This document shows, in pieces, positions 19,615-28,267 of a stretch of 64,000 nucleotides of DNA. The position numbers were made by a program, and so were the translations under genes. The first letter of the stretch is position 1. Every line of letters starts with the position of its first letter. A model generated the notes under the pieces. That model saw nothing but the letters and a program-made list of their open reading frames with translations, did no database searches and was not told the DNA's origin. The stretch is from the NCBI GenBank assembly GCA_963678065.2, contig CAXXVZ010000005.1, positions 1,184,001-1,248,000 on the forward strand. The letters run 5' to 3'. This DNA is from Treponemataceae bacterium. GTDB lineage: Bacteria > Spirochaetota > Spirochaetia > Treponematales > Rectinemataceae.

Positions 19615-21045
19615 CTACTCGGCGCCGGTCACCGAGGTGGAGAAGAGCATGACGGCGGCGGGGCAGAGCGAGCGCGTCGAGAGCGCCCGTTCGGAGGAAC
19701 GCAGCATGGCCGCCCGGTTGGCCATGAGGCTGCCGGTGATCGAGCCTCCGGTGACAGGGATTCTCTGTGTTCCGTCAAAGTACCAAGCGAGCCGGACTTC
19801 CGCGCCGAAGGAGCCGCTCTGCGGGTCGAGCTGGAAATCGGAGAAGAGGAGGGGCTCGAGGTAGGGCTTGCGGTGCATGATCTCAAGGCTCTGCGCGCCG
19901 GGGCTCGCGCTGAAGAGTGGCGCGGCGCCGATAGCTTCGAGGCCGAGCCTCGCGGCGTAGCGTGCGGGGCCGTGGAGGGCCACGATGACTCCTTCCCGGA
20001 TGATCGGACTGGACGCGATCGGAAAACCCTCCATGTCGAATCCGGCGGACTGCGGAAGACCCGGTATGTACGCCTCGGCGACTGTGTCGAGAGGTTCCGT
20101 CACCGCGGTCTCCCCCTGGACGGCAGAGCCGATTTTGAAGGGCGAGGCCGCGGTGTAAACCGCGTCGGCTCGGGCGTTGTCGTGGAACCATCCGAGAATG
20201 GCTTCCGCGTTTTCACCGCGCAGGATGACCGGGATGTCTTTGAGCCCCGGCATGGGGAGGGCGCGGGCCCGCTCTGCGACGAGGCCAAGGTAGGTTTCAG
20301 TTTCGGCCGAGAGTCTGGCGAGATCCGGCTCGCCGAAGGCGATGTTGTCGTAGAGCTCGACCTTGCCGGCCGGCCCCTCGGCCTGGACTATGAACTCGCA
20401 CTCCCCCCACCACTGAACGAAGGCGGCGTCACAGCCGCGCGAGTTCACGATTCGCGTCTCCGTCCGGGTCAGGAAGAGTTCGAGGGAGTTGATCTGCGCC
20501 GCGGACCCGGAGCTCGCCTGGGCAGCCTGTCGCGCCGGGAACGCAGGTGCGGCGTGGTCCGGGTGCCGTGCGGAGTCCGGGGCTCCGGCGCAGTCCGGGG
20601 AAAAGAGCGCGCGGGCGAGGTTGTCCATGTGCCCTTCGATGTCGCCCTGTTCGAAGCCCGAGGCCGGGATGGCGCAGCGCGCCTTGGCCGGGCCGGGAAT
20701 GTCGAAGTGCGGCGTGCGCGACTTGGATGCGGCGAAGGCGGTCCTGGCGAGGAGCTGCCGGATTTCTTCCGGGGCTTGCGTCGGATGCACCGTGACAGTG
20801 GCCTCGCCGCGGTACAGGGTGCCCTCGCATGCGGAATCCATGTAGACCGTCACCTTGTACTCCGCAAGGTCGAGGGCGCGTTTCTGGTCCAGAGCCTTCC
20901 TGATGTAAAAACGCTGCCTGCCGGTTTTCTTCGTCGCGACAATCCGCCAGTCGGATATGGCGCCCGTGAGCGTCCCGCCGGAGCCGGAATTGCCGGAGTC
21001 GGCATGGAGGTCCTTCAGTTCCGCGATTATAGTATCGATCATCAT
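19615..21045 (-). CDS. PmbA/TldE-like subunit of the TldD/PmbA metalloprotease
   Basis: FDMEGFP, IIREGVI, FSDFQLDPQSGSFGAEVRLAW, PVTGGSITG; no HExxH; overlaps tldD by 4 nt. Confidence 0.8.
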   Translation of the reverse strand: MMIDTIIAELKDLHADSGNSGSGGTLTGAISDWRIVATKKTGRQRFYIRKALDQKRALDLAEYKVTVYMDSACEGTLYRGEATVTVHPTQAPEEIRQLLARTAFAASKSRTPHFDIPGPAKARCAIPASGFEQGDIEGHMDNLARALFSPDCAGAPDSARHPDHAAPAFPARQAAQASSGSAAQINSLELFLTRTETRIVNSRGCDAAFVQWWGECEFIVQAEGPAGKVELYDNIAFGEPDLARLSAETETYLGLVAERARALPMPGLKDIPVILRGENAEAILGWFHDNARADAVYTAASPFKIGSAVQGETAVTEPLDTVAEAYIPGLPQSAGFDMEGFPIASSPIIREGVIVALHGPARYAARLGLEAIGAAPLFSASPGAQSLEIMHRKPYLEPLLFSDFQLDPQSGSFGAEVRLAWYFDGTQRIPVTGGSITGSLMANRAAMLRSSERALSTRSLCPAAVMLFSTSVTGAE

Positions 21046-22490
21046 CCCAACCTCATTTTCGTTCTGACATAGGGCCCGCCCGAAGAAACCTTGACATATT
21101 CCTTGTACCCTTTCCCGCAGGCTCCCGATCCGGAAAGCGCGAAATCGGGGGAGACCATGTCGATGGCACAGAGCACGTCAGGAACATAACCAGAGCAGAC
21201 GACCGGGCTCGCGACGCGGCCCGTAAAGGTCCCGTCCCTTATTTCCCTTCCGACAAGGCAGACGAGCTGGACGCCCCAGTTTTTCGGATCTTCCATGCCT
21301 GCGGTGAGGTGGTCGAGGAGCCAACCATTTTTTGTCGAAGCGATCATCGCGTCGAGAGGAGTCGTGCCGGGCGTGAAATACGTGTTGGTCATGCGCGCGT
21401 AGGCCTTGTGGTCGAAGGCCTGGCGGCGGCCGTTGCCGGTCAGAGGTATGCCGAGGGCGGAGGCCGAGAGCGCGTCGGAGAGGCCGCTCACGAGGATGCC
21501 GTCGTCGATGACGAGAGTCCTGCCGCCGAAAGTGCCCTCGTCGTCGAAGAGGAAGGAGCCAGTCTGGTCGACTTCTTCGGCGCCGTCGTACATCCGGACC
21601 AGGTCCGAACCCACGCGCGCGCCGATGTATTCGGCGGCCTTGGCCCTCCCTTTGTGAAACATGTCCGTCTCGACGCCGTGCCCGAAGGCCTCGTGCGCGA
21701 GGGTTCCCGACATGTCGGGGCTCAGAATCACCTCGTACTCGCCGGGTTCGATGGGGACTGCGTCGAGGAGGGCCGCGAGGTCCGAGGCGAGACTCTCTGT
21801 CTCGCCTTCGAGGTCGGCGAGTATTTCGAGCCCTTTCCGGCCGGAGACAGCCTTGTAAAGGCGTTTGGAGTTGACGCCGCGGCGCGCCAGACCGAAGAGG
21901 TAGGCCTGGGACCATATGAAGCTCTGCATGAGGTGCCTGTTCGGCGAGACGAAGAGGCGGTTGACGTCGACGAACTCGAGGCGGGAATGGGCCATCGCTA
22001 TTTCCGGCCGTGAGGCCAGGTTTTTCCTCAGGACTTCGAGGCGGCCGAGAATGGTTTCGGGGTCGGCCTCGAAAGGATCCTCAACGGCTTCTCCCGCGTA
22101 TTCCGCCCGCGCAGGGAGGTCCGGCAGGACGGGGTAGGTCGAAAAGGGCCAAGGCTCTTCCCCCGGACGCGCGGCGACGGGTTCGGCCAGAAGGGATTCG
22201 AGCCGGGACAGGACAAGGGCGGCGACTTCGTCGTTGCGGGCGGAAAGCTCGTTGCAGGCGTATTCGGCGACGCGGCCACCTTTCTGGGCGCGGAAGACGA
22301 AGCCCCGCTGGACCCACATGGGCTCGCTGACCTTGGTTTCGCCCGGAGTGGCGGCGAAATTGATGCCGCGGTCGTCGGTTCCGAGCACGGAAAGGTAGTC
22401 GAAAGAACCATCCGCGGCCACGCGGTTTACGATCTCCGGGAGACGCTCTCCCGAAGCGAGCAGGAACGAGCTTGGAATGCGTTTTTTCAT
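21042..22490 (-). CDS. tldD: TldD family metalloprotease
   Basis: AHEAFGHGVE zinc motif, FDDEG, TGNGRR, RMTNT, GACGK. Confidence 0.88.
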   Translation of the reverse strand: MKKRIPSSFLLASGERLPEIVNRVAADGSFDYLSVLGTDDRGINFAATPGETKVSEPMWVQRGFVFRAQKGGRVAEYACNELSARNDEVAALVLSRLESLLAEPVAARPGEEPWPFSTYPVLPDLPARAEYAGEAVEDPFEADPETILGRLEVLRKNLASRPEIAMAHSRLEFVDVNRLFVSPNRHLMQSFIWSQAYLFGLARRGVNSKRLYKAVSGRKGLEILADLEGETESLASDLAALLDAVPIEPGEYEVILSPDMSGTLAHEAFGHGVETDMFHKGRAKAAEYIGARVGSDLVRMYDGAEEVDQTGSFLFDDEGTFGGRTLVIDDGILVSGLSDALSASALGIPLTGNGRRQAFDHKAYARMTNTYFTPGTTPLDAMIASTKNGWLLDHLTAGMEDPKNWGVQLVCLVGREIRDGTFTGRVASPVVCSGYVPDVLCAIDMVSPDFALSGSGACGKGYKEYVKVSSGGPYVRTKMRLG

Positions 22491-22738
22491 GAATCTTCCT
22501 CGTGAGCGATGCTGAAGTGTAGGTCGGTTTGCGGGCTTTCGCAAGCGGAGCCGCGATCACGGGAGGCGATGTCGTGGCCAGATCGGGGGCATCGGCTCTA
22601 TACGGTCCACTCTGCGCGATGACCCATTCCGCGAGAGGTCGACAGTCTTCTATTTGAAAAGCTTTATATTGCGTCTTGTCTGTATGAAGAAAGTGGTTTA
22701 TAACACAATATTGATACTAATCCCACAAGGAGGACTCT

Positions 22739-23446
22739 ATGAAAAAGAGTCTTTTTCTCGTCGCGATAATCGCGCTCGCAGGAATGAGTTTTGTCCAGGC
22801 TGCAGATCTGCAGATTGAAACGCAGGTCAACGTCGCCGCCCCGGACGACGCCAACAACTATGCAACCTTCATCGGGCCCGTCGGCGCGGTAACCAAGGAC
22901 CAGTTTGTCGCGGTAGACGCCGTTTCCGGCGCTTCCAAGCTGAAAGGGACCGAACTCTTCAACAAGTACCGCCTCGATGTCCAGAACAAGGCGACCATCC
23001 CCGGCGGGCTCCGTGGAATCTTCCTGTACGGCATCGCCGGCAACGCCACTCGCCTGAGCGATGGGCTCACCGTCCTGAAAGCCGCCGACGGGACCATCGT
23101 GATCCGCACCGTACATCGCGGGACGGCCTACGAGGTTTCCACGGATACATCCGGAATCCTCGCCCTCCCCACGAACTCCATCATGTCGAGGAAAATAGGC
23201 CACACCGACAACCAGATTTCCACCGATTTCTCCACCACCGGCAAGGTCGCCGATGTCGCCTGGGTGAAGGTCTGGGACGCATCGATCGCGGACGGGAAAG
23301 TCGTCGGAACCACGAGCTCCAAGACCGGAAAGATCGCCCCCGATCTCGCCAATTCCAATTTGTTCTATTATCAGGGAAACCTCCAGGTTACCTTCGAGAA
23401 CAACATTCTGAAGATCAAGGGTTCTCTCGACGCGAAGAAGAAGTAA
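22739..23446 (+). CDS. secreted hypothetical protein carrying a DAVSGAS flavinylation-type motif
   Basis: AGGAGG SD, signal peptide MKKSLFLVAIIALAGMSFVQA, VDAVSGAS at aa 59-66, own terminator. Confidence 0.8.
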   Translation: MKKSLFLVAIIALAGMSFVQAADLQIETQVNVAAPDDANNYATFIGPVGAVTKDQFVAVDAVSGASKLKGTELFNKYRLDVQNKATIPGGLRGIFLYGIAGNATRLSDGLTVLKAADGTIVIRTVHRGTAYEVSTDTSGILALPTNSIMSRKIGHTDNQISTDFSTTGKVADVAWVKVWDASIADGKVVGTTSSKTGKIAPDLANSNLFYYQGNLQVTFENNILKIKGSLDAKKK

Positions 23447-23480
23447 TTCCGTTTACGCCTCCACGAGGCGCACAGGGAGG

Positions 23481-23518
23481 AAGGCCGCCGGAGCAGAACG
23501 CTCCGGCGGCCTTTTTTT
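23481..23518 (+). terminator. intrinsic terminator
   Basis: AAGGCCGCCGGAGC-AGAAC-GCTCCGGCGGCC followed by T7. Confidence 0.9.
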
Positions 23519-23631
23519 CGACCTGCAATGCAAAGCTGCCCCGCGCTGCGATTCGCTTCGCCGCCACGAACTTCGGGCGGGGGCGAGAAATTGAATTTGA
23601 CTATTTGAACATTCGATACAATAATTTAAAT

Positions 23632-24213
23632 ATGCCGAGAAACGACACCCGAAAATCCATCCTTGATACCGCGCGCCTCCTGTTCGCGGAGAAAGGTCCG
23701 CGGAACACCACACTGGATGACATAGCCCGGAAAATGCACCGGACAAAGACCTTCCTGTACCACTATTTCGAATCCAAGGATGAACTCCTGCACAGCCTGA
23801 TCGATGTCGAGGGAGAAGAGTATGAACGAGAGGTGCGGATGGCGGTCGACGGGGAACACACGGGAGAAACGAAGCTCCGCTCGTATGTGACGACGCGGTT
23901 CGGAATTTTCAACCGCATCGGCGCATTCTACTGGACATCGCGGGAACGCTATCTGGAACAGTACGCGCTTATCGAGAGCGCGAGGGAAAAATTCGATCTG
24001 TTCGAAATCCAGCTCGTGGCGTCGATCCTGTCCGAAGGCGTGATTCGGGGAGAATTCGATATCCCCGATGTGGCGCTTGTCGCACGGGCCTTCATCATCG
24101 CGCTGAAGGGATTCGAGGTGGAATCGACGACTCAGGGCGACGCGAGTCATGAAAAGACATTCGACGCGCTTCTGACGATCTTTTTCCATGGAATCGAGGT
24201 GCGCGCGAAGTAG
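23632..24213 (+). CDS. TetR/AcrR family transcriptional regulator
   Basis: ILDTARLLFAEKG..TTLDDIA...KTFLYHYFESKDEL HTH. Confidence 0.9.
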   Translation: MPRNDTRKSILDTARLLFAEKGPRNTTLDDIARKMHRTKTFLYHYFESKDELLHSLIDVEGEEYEREVRMAVDGEHTGETKLRSYVTTRFGIFNRIGAFYWTSRERYLEQYALIESAREKFDLFEIQLVASILSEGVIRGEFDIPDVALVARAFIIALKGFEVESTTQGDASHEKTFDALLTIFFHGIEVRAK

Positions 24214-24341
24214 ATCGGCGGCTGGAAACCCACAGAGCGCAGGTTCCGGATGGATGAACGTACCGCCTCGTGATCCAAGGATCGAGGCCGCGAGAATTTC
24301 CGGGGCGCTTGGGTCGTCGGATTCGGAAGGAGGCATGATGG

Positions 24342-25154
24342 ATGAAGCGAAACGGAAAAGCGATCATCGCAAGCCTTTTCGGGGTGCTTTTGTTTGGAGT
24401 GGGAGCGGTCGAGCAGAAAGGCGTCGATGAGGAAACGATCAATCGCGTCGACAGTGAATATGAGCGCGCTCTGCGGGAGAACTATCGTCCGGAGGGGCTC
24501 TTTCTCATGAAGGAATCGCTTGATGCGTGCACGAAGAACCTCGACGCAAATCCGGCATGCTATGACCTTCTGTGGAGGAGCGCGAGGTCGGCCGTCGAGC
24601 TGGGGGAGGCTGCGAAGATCCTGCAGACCCGAGACTGGAAAAAGCTCTGCGGTTCTATGGCCCGGAAGGGGATCGAGTGGACGGATGCGGCAAAACGCGG
24701 CTCTCCCGACAGAGTGGAAGGGTATTTCTGGCAGCTCAAGGCCATGGATCTCATATACGACGCGGAAGGCATGCTTTCGTTCATCGCGATGGGACTCGTC
24801 CCGAAGAGTAGGCAGAATCTGAGTGCCTGCTATGCGATCGACCGGTCCTATATGGACTATACTCCTGTTCTTGCCACGGCGCTTTATTACTATAAAATAC
24901 CACCTGTTTTCGGGCAGGATATCGCCAAGGCGCTTGTGTACTACGAAGAGTATGCGTCCCTTTCGCGGTGGAGCTTCGAGTCATACCGGCAGTATCCCGA
25001 CGCCGCGGAGATGCTCTTGAGCACCAAGTCGGAAAAAAACACCGAGCGTGCACGGACCCTGCTCCTCGCGGCCTTGGCCGATCCGACGCCGCGACCCTTC
25101 TACCTCGAACGGACCAAAACTCTCCTTGCCAGGCTGGAGCGATCTTCGCATTGA
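24342..25154 (+). CDS. secreted TPR-like hypothetical protein
   Basis: Signal-like N-terminus; helical repeats with YDLLWRSARS, PDRVEGYFW, IPPVFGQDIAKA; GGAGG SD. Confidence 0.6.
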   Translation: MKRNGKAIIASLFGVLLFGVGAVEQKGVDEETINRVDSEYERALRENYRPEGLFLMKESLDACTKNLDANPACYDLLWRSARSAVELGEAAKILQTRDWKKLCGSMARKGIEWTDAAKRGSPDRVEGYFWQLKAMDLIYDAEGMLSFIAMGLVPKSRQNLSACYAIDRSYMDYTPVLATALYYYKIPPVFGQDIAKALVYYEEYASLSRWSFESYRQYPDAAEMLLSTKSEKNTERARTLLLAALADPTPRPFYLERTKTLLARLERSSH

Positions 25155-25255
25155 GCCAAGGGTAAGATCATATGGGGATCGACGATGGGTGAAGCGGTTT
25201 GAATGTGCCGCTTGCGCGATTCTGGCTCGAACCCTGCGGTTCGCCTTCCGGGGGC

Positions 25256-25292
25256 AAAAAACAAAACAGCCCCAGTCATGGACTGGAGCTGT
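25256..25292 (-). terminator. intrinsic terminator after tRNA-Gly
   Basis: Minus strand ACAGCTCCAGTC-CAT-GACTGGGGCTGT followed by TTTGTTTTTT. Confidence 0.75.
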
Positions 25293-25297
25293 CGGTG

Positions 25298-25368
25298 AGC
25301 GGCCGACGGGAGTCGAACCCGCTTCTCGAGCTTGGGAAGCTCGGGTAATACCGGTATACGACGGCCGC
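25298..25368 (-). tRNA. tRNA-Gly (anticodon CCC), CCA not encoded
   Basis: Acceptor stem GCGGCCG/CGGCCGC, anticodon arm CGAGC-TTCCCAA-GCTCG, T arm GCGGG-TTCGACT-CCCGT, U discriminator. Confidence 0.95.
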
Positions 25369-25497
25369 ATTTCTGTGATTCGGCGCATGTACGGTGGAAG
25401 CCGGACATGCGAACGAAAATACTATAGCCGGCGGCCGGCGAGTCGTCAAGATGTGACGCAAAGCCGGGGTGCGGCAGCACGGAGGGGGCTCCGGCAT

Positions 25498-25539
25498 CGG
25501 CTGGACCCCGAAAGGATGATGCCTTTCCGGGTCCAGCCG
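25498..25539. other. 18-bp inverted repeat (one mismatch) downstream of the thioesterase gene
   Basis: CGGCTGGACCCCGAAAGG-ATGATG-CCTTTCCGGGTCCAGCCG; no clear U tract, so terminator or RNA stabiliser. Confidence 0.55.
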
Positions 25540-25578
25540 GGATGGTAAAAATGGGCGAGTATCAGTACCTCCGAAGCA

Positions 25579-26010
25579 TCAGCGGCCGTTGTTGAGGATG
25601 GCGTTGCGCTGTTTGACTTTTTCCATGAGGCCATCGCGTTTGACCATGACGCGCTCGTGGGTTCCGGTTCCAATAGTGCCAAGTTCGTCGAAGGCTTCGA
25701 TCTTGAAGCTGAAATGGTTTCCACGAATTTCGGTCAGGGTCGCCCGGACACTGATCTTCATGCCGAGGGAGCTCGGGGCGAGGTGGCTGAACGACATGGC
25801 GGTTCCCACTGTGATGAAGCCGTCGCCGTAGGGGAAGTTCGGCTTCAGGACTTTGATGGCCGCCCGGATCATGAGATCGACGTAGGTCGGCGTCGCGAGC
25901 AGGGTATCGAGGGAATCCAGGCCCATTTCTCTGGCTGTATCGGATTCTTCGATCTTCTTCTGGACCACCGCGCTCGCCCCGACTTGCAGACCGGGAATTA
26001 GTTCGCTCAT
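25579..26010 (-). CDS. hotdog-fold thioesterase (FlK/fluoroacetyl-CoA thioesterase-like)
   Basis: LLATP, TVGT..FSHLAPS, FKIEAFDELGTIGTGTHER; AGGGAG SD. Confidence 0.85.
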   Translation of the reverse strand: MSELIPGLQVGASAVVQKKIEESDTAREMGLDSLDTLLATPTYVDLMIRAAIKVLKPNFPYGDGFITVGTAMSFSHLAPSSLGMKISVRATLTEIRGNHFSFKIEAFDELGTIGTGTHERVMVKRDGLMEKVKQRNAILNNGR

Positions 26011-26066
26011 GGTTTCTCCCTTGTAGCCTTGTAAGTATGGCATCAATTCTACATCGGTATACCCGA

Positions 26067-27137
26067 TCAGGCAAGCTTCGCGCGCTCGGCCGCTTTTCGC
26101 TCTTCCGGCATGAACGAGACGTCGATGGCGGTCGCGAGGACCCGGACGATGTCCGCGCGGCTGAATCCGAGACGGGTCGAGACACGGGTCAATTCTTCGT
26201 TCAGGCCGACGCCGAAGAGGGCGGGATCGTCGGAGTTGACGGTGACGGAGAGGCCCGCGTCGCGGAAGGCCGGAAGGGGATGATCCTCAAAGCGCCGGAC
26301 GAAGGCTCCCGTGTACACGTTGCTGGTCGGACAGACCTCGAGACTTACGCCCGAGTCCCTGAGGAGAGCCATGACGCCGGGGTCCCGGATGGCCGATGTC
26401 CCGTGGCCGATTCGTTCGGCGCCGAGTATCAGGACGGCATCGCGGACGGATTCCGGGCCGGTTTCCTCGCCGGCGTGTGCGACGGTGTGGAGGCCGGCTT
26501 CGCGGGCCGTCCTGAAAGTGTCGCGGTAGCCGGATAGAGGGTTTCCTGCCTCACGCCCCCCGAGGCCGATTCCGACGATTCCCCTCTGGCCGCGTTTGCC
26601 GAGGTAGCCGAGAGTGGCTTCGAGGTTGGACGCGGCGTTCTCAGGGCCGAAAGTCCTGGATACATCGACGATGAAGGCTATGTCCGGGCTTGAGTTTTCG
26701 ATGAGCGGATCCATGATGTCCGCGAAATCGAGGAGTCCTGAGCGCAGGGCCTGCGAGGGCGAGACGAAGACCTCCATGTAGCTGATGGAGTTCGCGGCCG
26801 CGTATCGCCTGAGGTCGCCGGCGAGGAGGGCGTAGTCCTCCGGGCGACGCAGGAGGGCCTGAAGGAGGAGGAAGCGGCGGATCATGTCGTCGAGGGGACC
26901 GGGGCGGGAGAGTTCGGCGTAGCGCTCGGGCAGGTCGGAAGAGATGATCCGTCGATAGCGGTGGATGAGGGCCTCGTATGTTCCCGGACCGAGCACCGCC
27001 TCGGCGTGGATGTGAAGTTCGGTTTTGGGAAGGGCGCGGATGAAGTCGGCCGCGGCTGAAGACGAAGCATCGGCCGCGGATTCGGGCCGCGGGCTTCGCC
27101 TATCGCAATTGTTCCCGGACGCCTTCTCCTTGATCAT
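26067..27137 (-). CDS. add: adenosine deaminase
   Basis: LPKTELHIH, AHAGE, RIGHG, EVCPTSN, NSDDP; exact start uncertain. Confidence 0.88.
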   Translation of the reverse strand: MIKEKASGNNCDRRSPRPESAADASSSAAADFIRALPKTELHIHAEAVLGPGTYEALIHRYRRIISSDLPERYAELSRPGPLDDMIRRFLLLQALLRRPEDYALLAGDLRRYAAANSISYMEVFVSPSQALRSGLLDFADIMDPLIENSSPDIAFIVDVSRTFGPENAASNLEATLGYLGKRGQRGIVGIGLGGREAGNPLSGYRDTFRTAREAGLHTVAHAGEETGPESVRDAVLILGAERIGHGTSAIRDPGVMALLRDSGVSLEVCPTSNVYTGAFVRRFEDHPLPAFRDAGLSVTVNSDDPALFGVGLNEELTRVSTRLGFSRADIVRVLATAIDVSFMPEERKAAERAKLA

Positions 27138-27197
27138 GATAATTGAATGTATCGCATGGCCGCGCCGATTTCCACCGGAGCCGAGGCAGGCAGCAGC

Positions 27198-27479
27198 TCA
27201 GGTTTCGATGACGAATGATGAGTAGTATCCGCAGGGGCTGCGGGAATGGGCCTGGACGGAGTCGACGCGGGCGCCGCAGGGGCCCTGTTCCAGCCATTCG
27301 CGGAAGCTCGCCAGGGCTTCGCGCTCGCCTTCAGCGTAGACCGCGACACTCCCGTCGGGCTCGTTTTTCACGTATCCGCAGAGGCCGAGCCCCCGAGCCT
27401 CGTAGAGGGCCGAATAGCGGAATCCGACGCCCTGGACATAACCGCGGACGAGGGCAAAAAACGCCGCGTTATCGGCCAT
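27198..27479 (-). CDS. acyP: acylphosphatase
   Basis: VRGYVQGVGFR, GYVKNEPDGSV, GP..ARV; GGAGG SD. Confidence 0.93.
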   Translation of the reverse strand: MADNAAFFALVRGYVQGVGFRYSALYEARGLGLCGYVKNEPDGSVAVYAEGEREALASFREWLEQGPCGARVDSVQAHSRSPCGYYSSFVIET

Positions 27480-27557
27480 TCGGCTGCCTCCGGTTCCGGC
27501 GCGCGGCCGGAATGGATTCCCATGAGGTCCGTGAGGATGGAGCGGCGCGCTCCGGCC

Positions 27558-28190
27558 TCATCCCGGGCTTTGCTCCCCCCGGCCTCGGGCGATGCTACAG
27601 AAATCCATGACGGTCTGCATGTACTCTTCCATTTCGAAGGGCTTGGCAAAAAAAGCGTCGGCCCCTTCCGAGAGCATGGTCGCTTTGATGTCGGGCGAAT
27701 CCATCCCGGTCATGACGACGACGAAGGGTTTGCCGAAGGCCGGGTCCTGCTTGATGCGTCGACAGATGACGCGGCCGTCGATCCCGGGGAGGTCGACATC
27801 GAGCATGACGAAGCCCGGGCGCTTTTCGACGATGAGTCTGCCCGCTTCGAATCCGTCGAAGGCCTGGATGACTGTGTAGCCGAAGAATCGCCGCTCGAAC
27901 ATGCGCTTCAGGATGTTGTTGAGGGACTCGTCGTCGTCGACGATGAGGATGGTGGACCAGTCGAGGCCTTCGCCTTTGTCCTCGGCGAGTTCGTCCGGGA
28001 TGCGCATCGATCTCTCTTTCAGAAAGGCGACAAGGTCTTCGGAATAGATGCGGTATTGTCCCCCGGGGGTCAGGAAGGCCTTGAGATGGCCCGACTTGAT
28101 CCAGTTGATGGCCGTCTGGTTGACGACGCCACAGAGGTTCGCGGTCTCGAGGGCGGAAAAAATCCGGATGCGCTTGGTTGTCTTCGGCAT
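27558..28190 (-). CDS. response regulator with N-terminal excisionase/MerR-like HTH and C-terminal receiver domain
   Basis: FSALETANLCGVVNQTAINWIKSGHLKAFLTPGGQYRI followed by ILIVDDD, MLDVDLPGIDG, AKPF. Confidence 0.88.
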   Translation of the reverse strand: MPKTTKRIRIFSALETANLCGVVNQTAINWIKSGHLKAFLTPGGQYRIYSEDLVAFLKERSMRIPDELAEDKGEGLDWSTILIVDDDESLNNILKRMFERRFFGYTVIQAFDGFEAGRLIVEKRPGFVMLDVDLPGIDGRVICRRIKQDPAFGKPFVVVMTGMDSPDIKATMLSEGADAFFAKPFEMEEYMQTVMDFCSIARGRGEQSPG

Positions 28191-28207
28191 GGTTGTTACC
28201 ACGACAA

Positions 28208-28260
28208 AGAATACTGTATCGCCGGGCGGCTTGCAATTCCGGCCGTCTTCATCCTACCCT
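28208..28260. promoter_or_regulatory. divergent sigma70 promoters sharing a palindromic -35 (TTGCAA, 28231-28236)
   Basis: Minus: TTGCAA-17-TATTCT. Plus: TTGCAA-18-TACCCT, then ATG 7 nt later. Confidence 0.5.
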
Positions 28261-28267
28261 AGCCAGC

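Noticed and set aside
25200..25368. Prophage or integrative element at tRNA-Gly
   Set aside because: No integrase or phage genes and no duplicated tRNA 3' end seen in the window.
27558..28190. Excisionase-like HTH as evidence of a mobile element
   Set aside because: It is fused to a receiver domain and sits among housekeeping genes, so it is a regulator.
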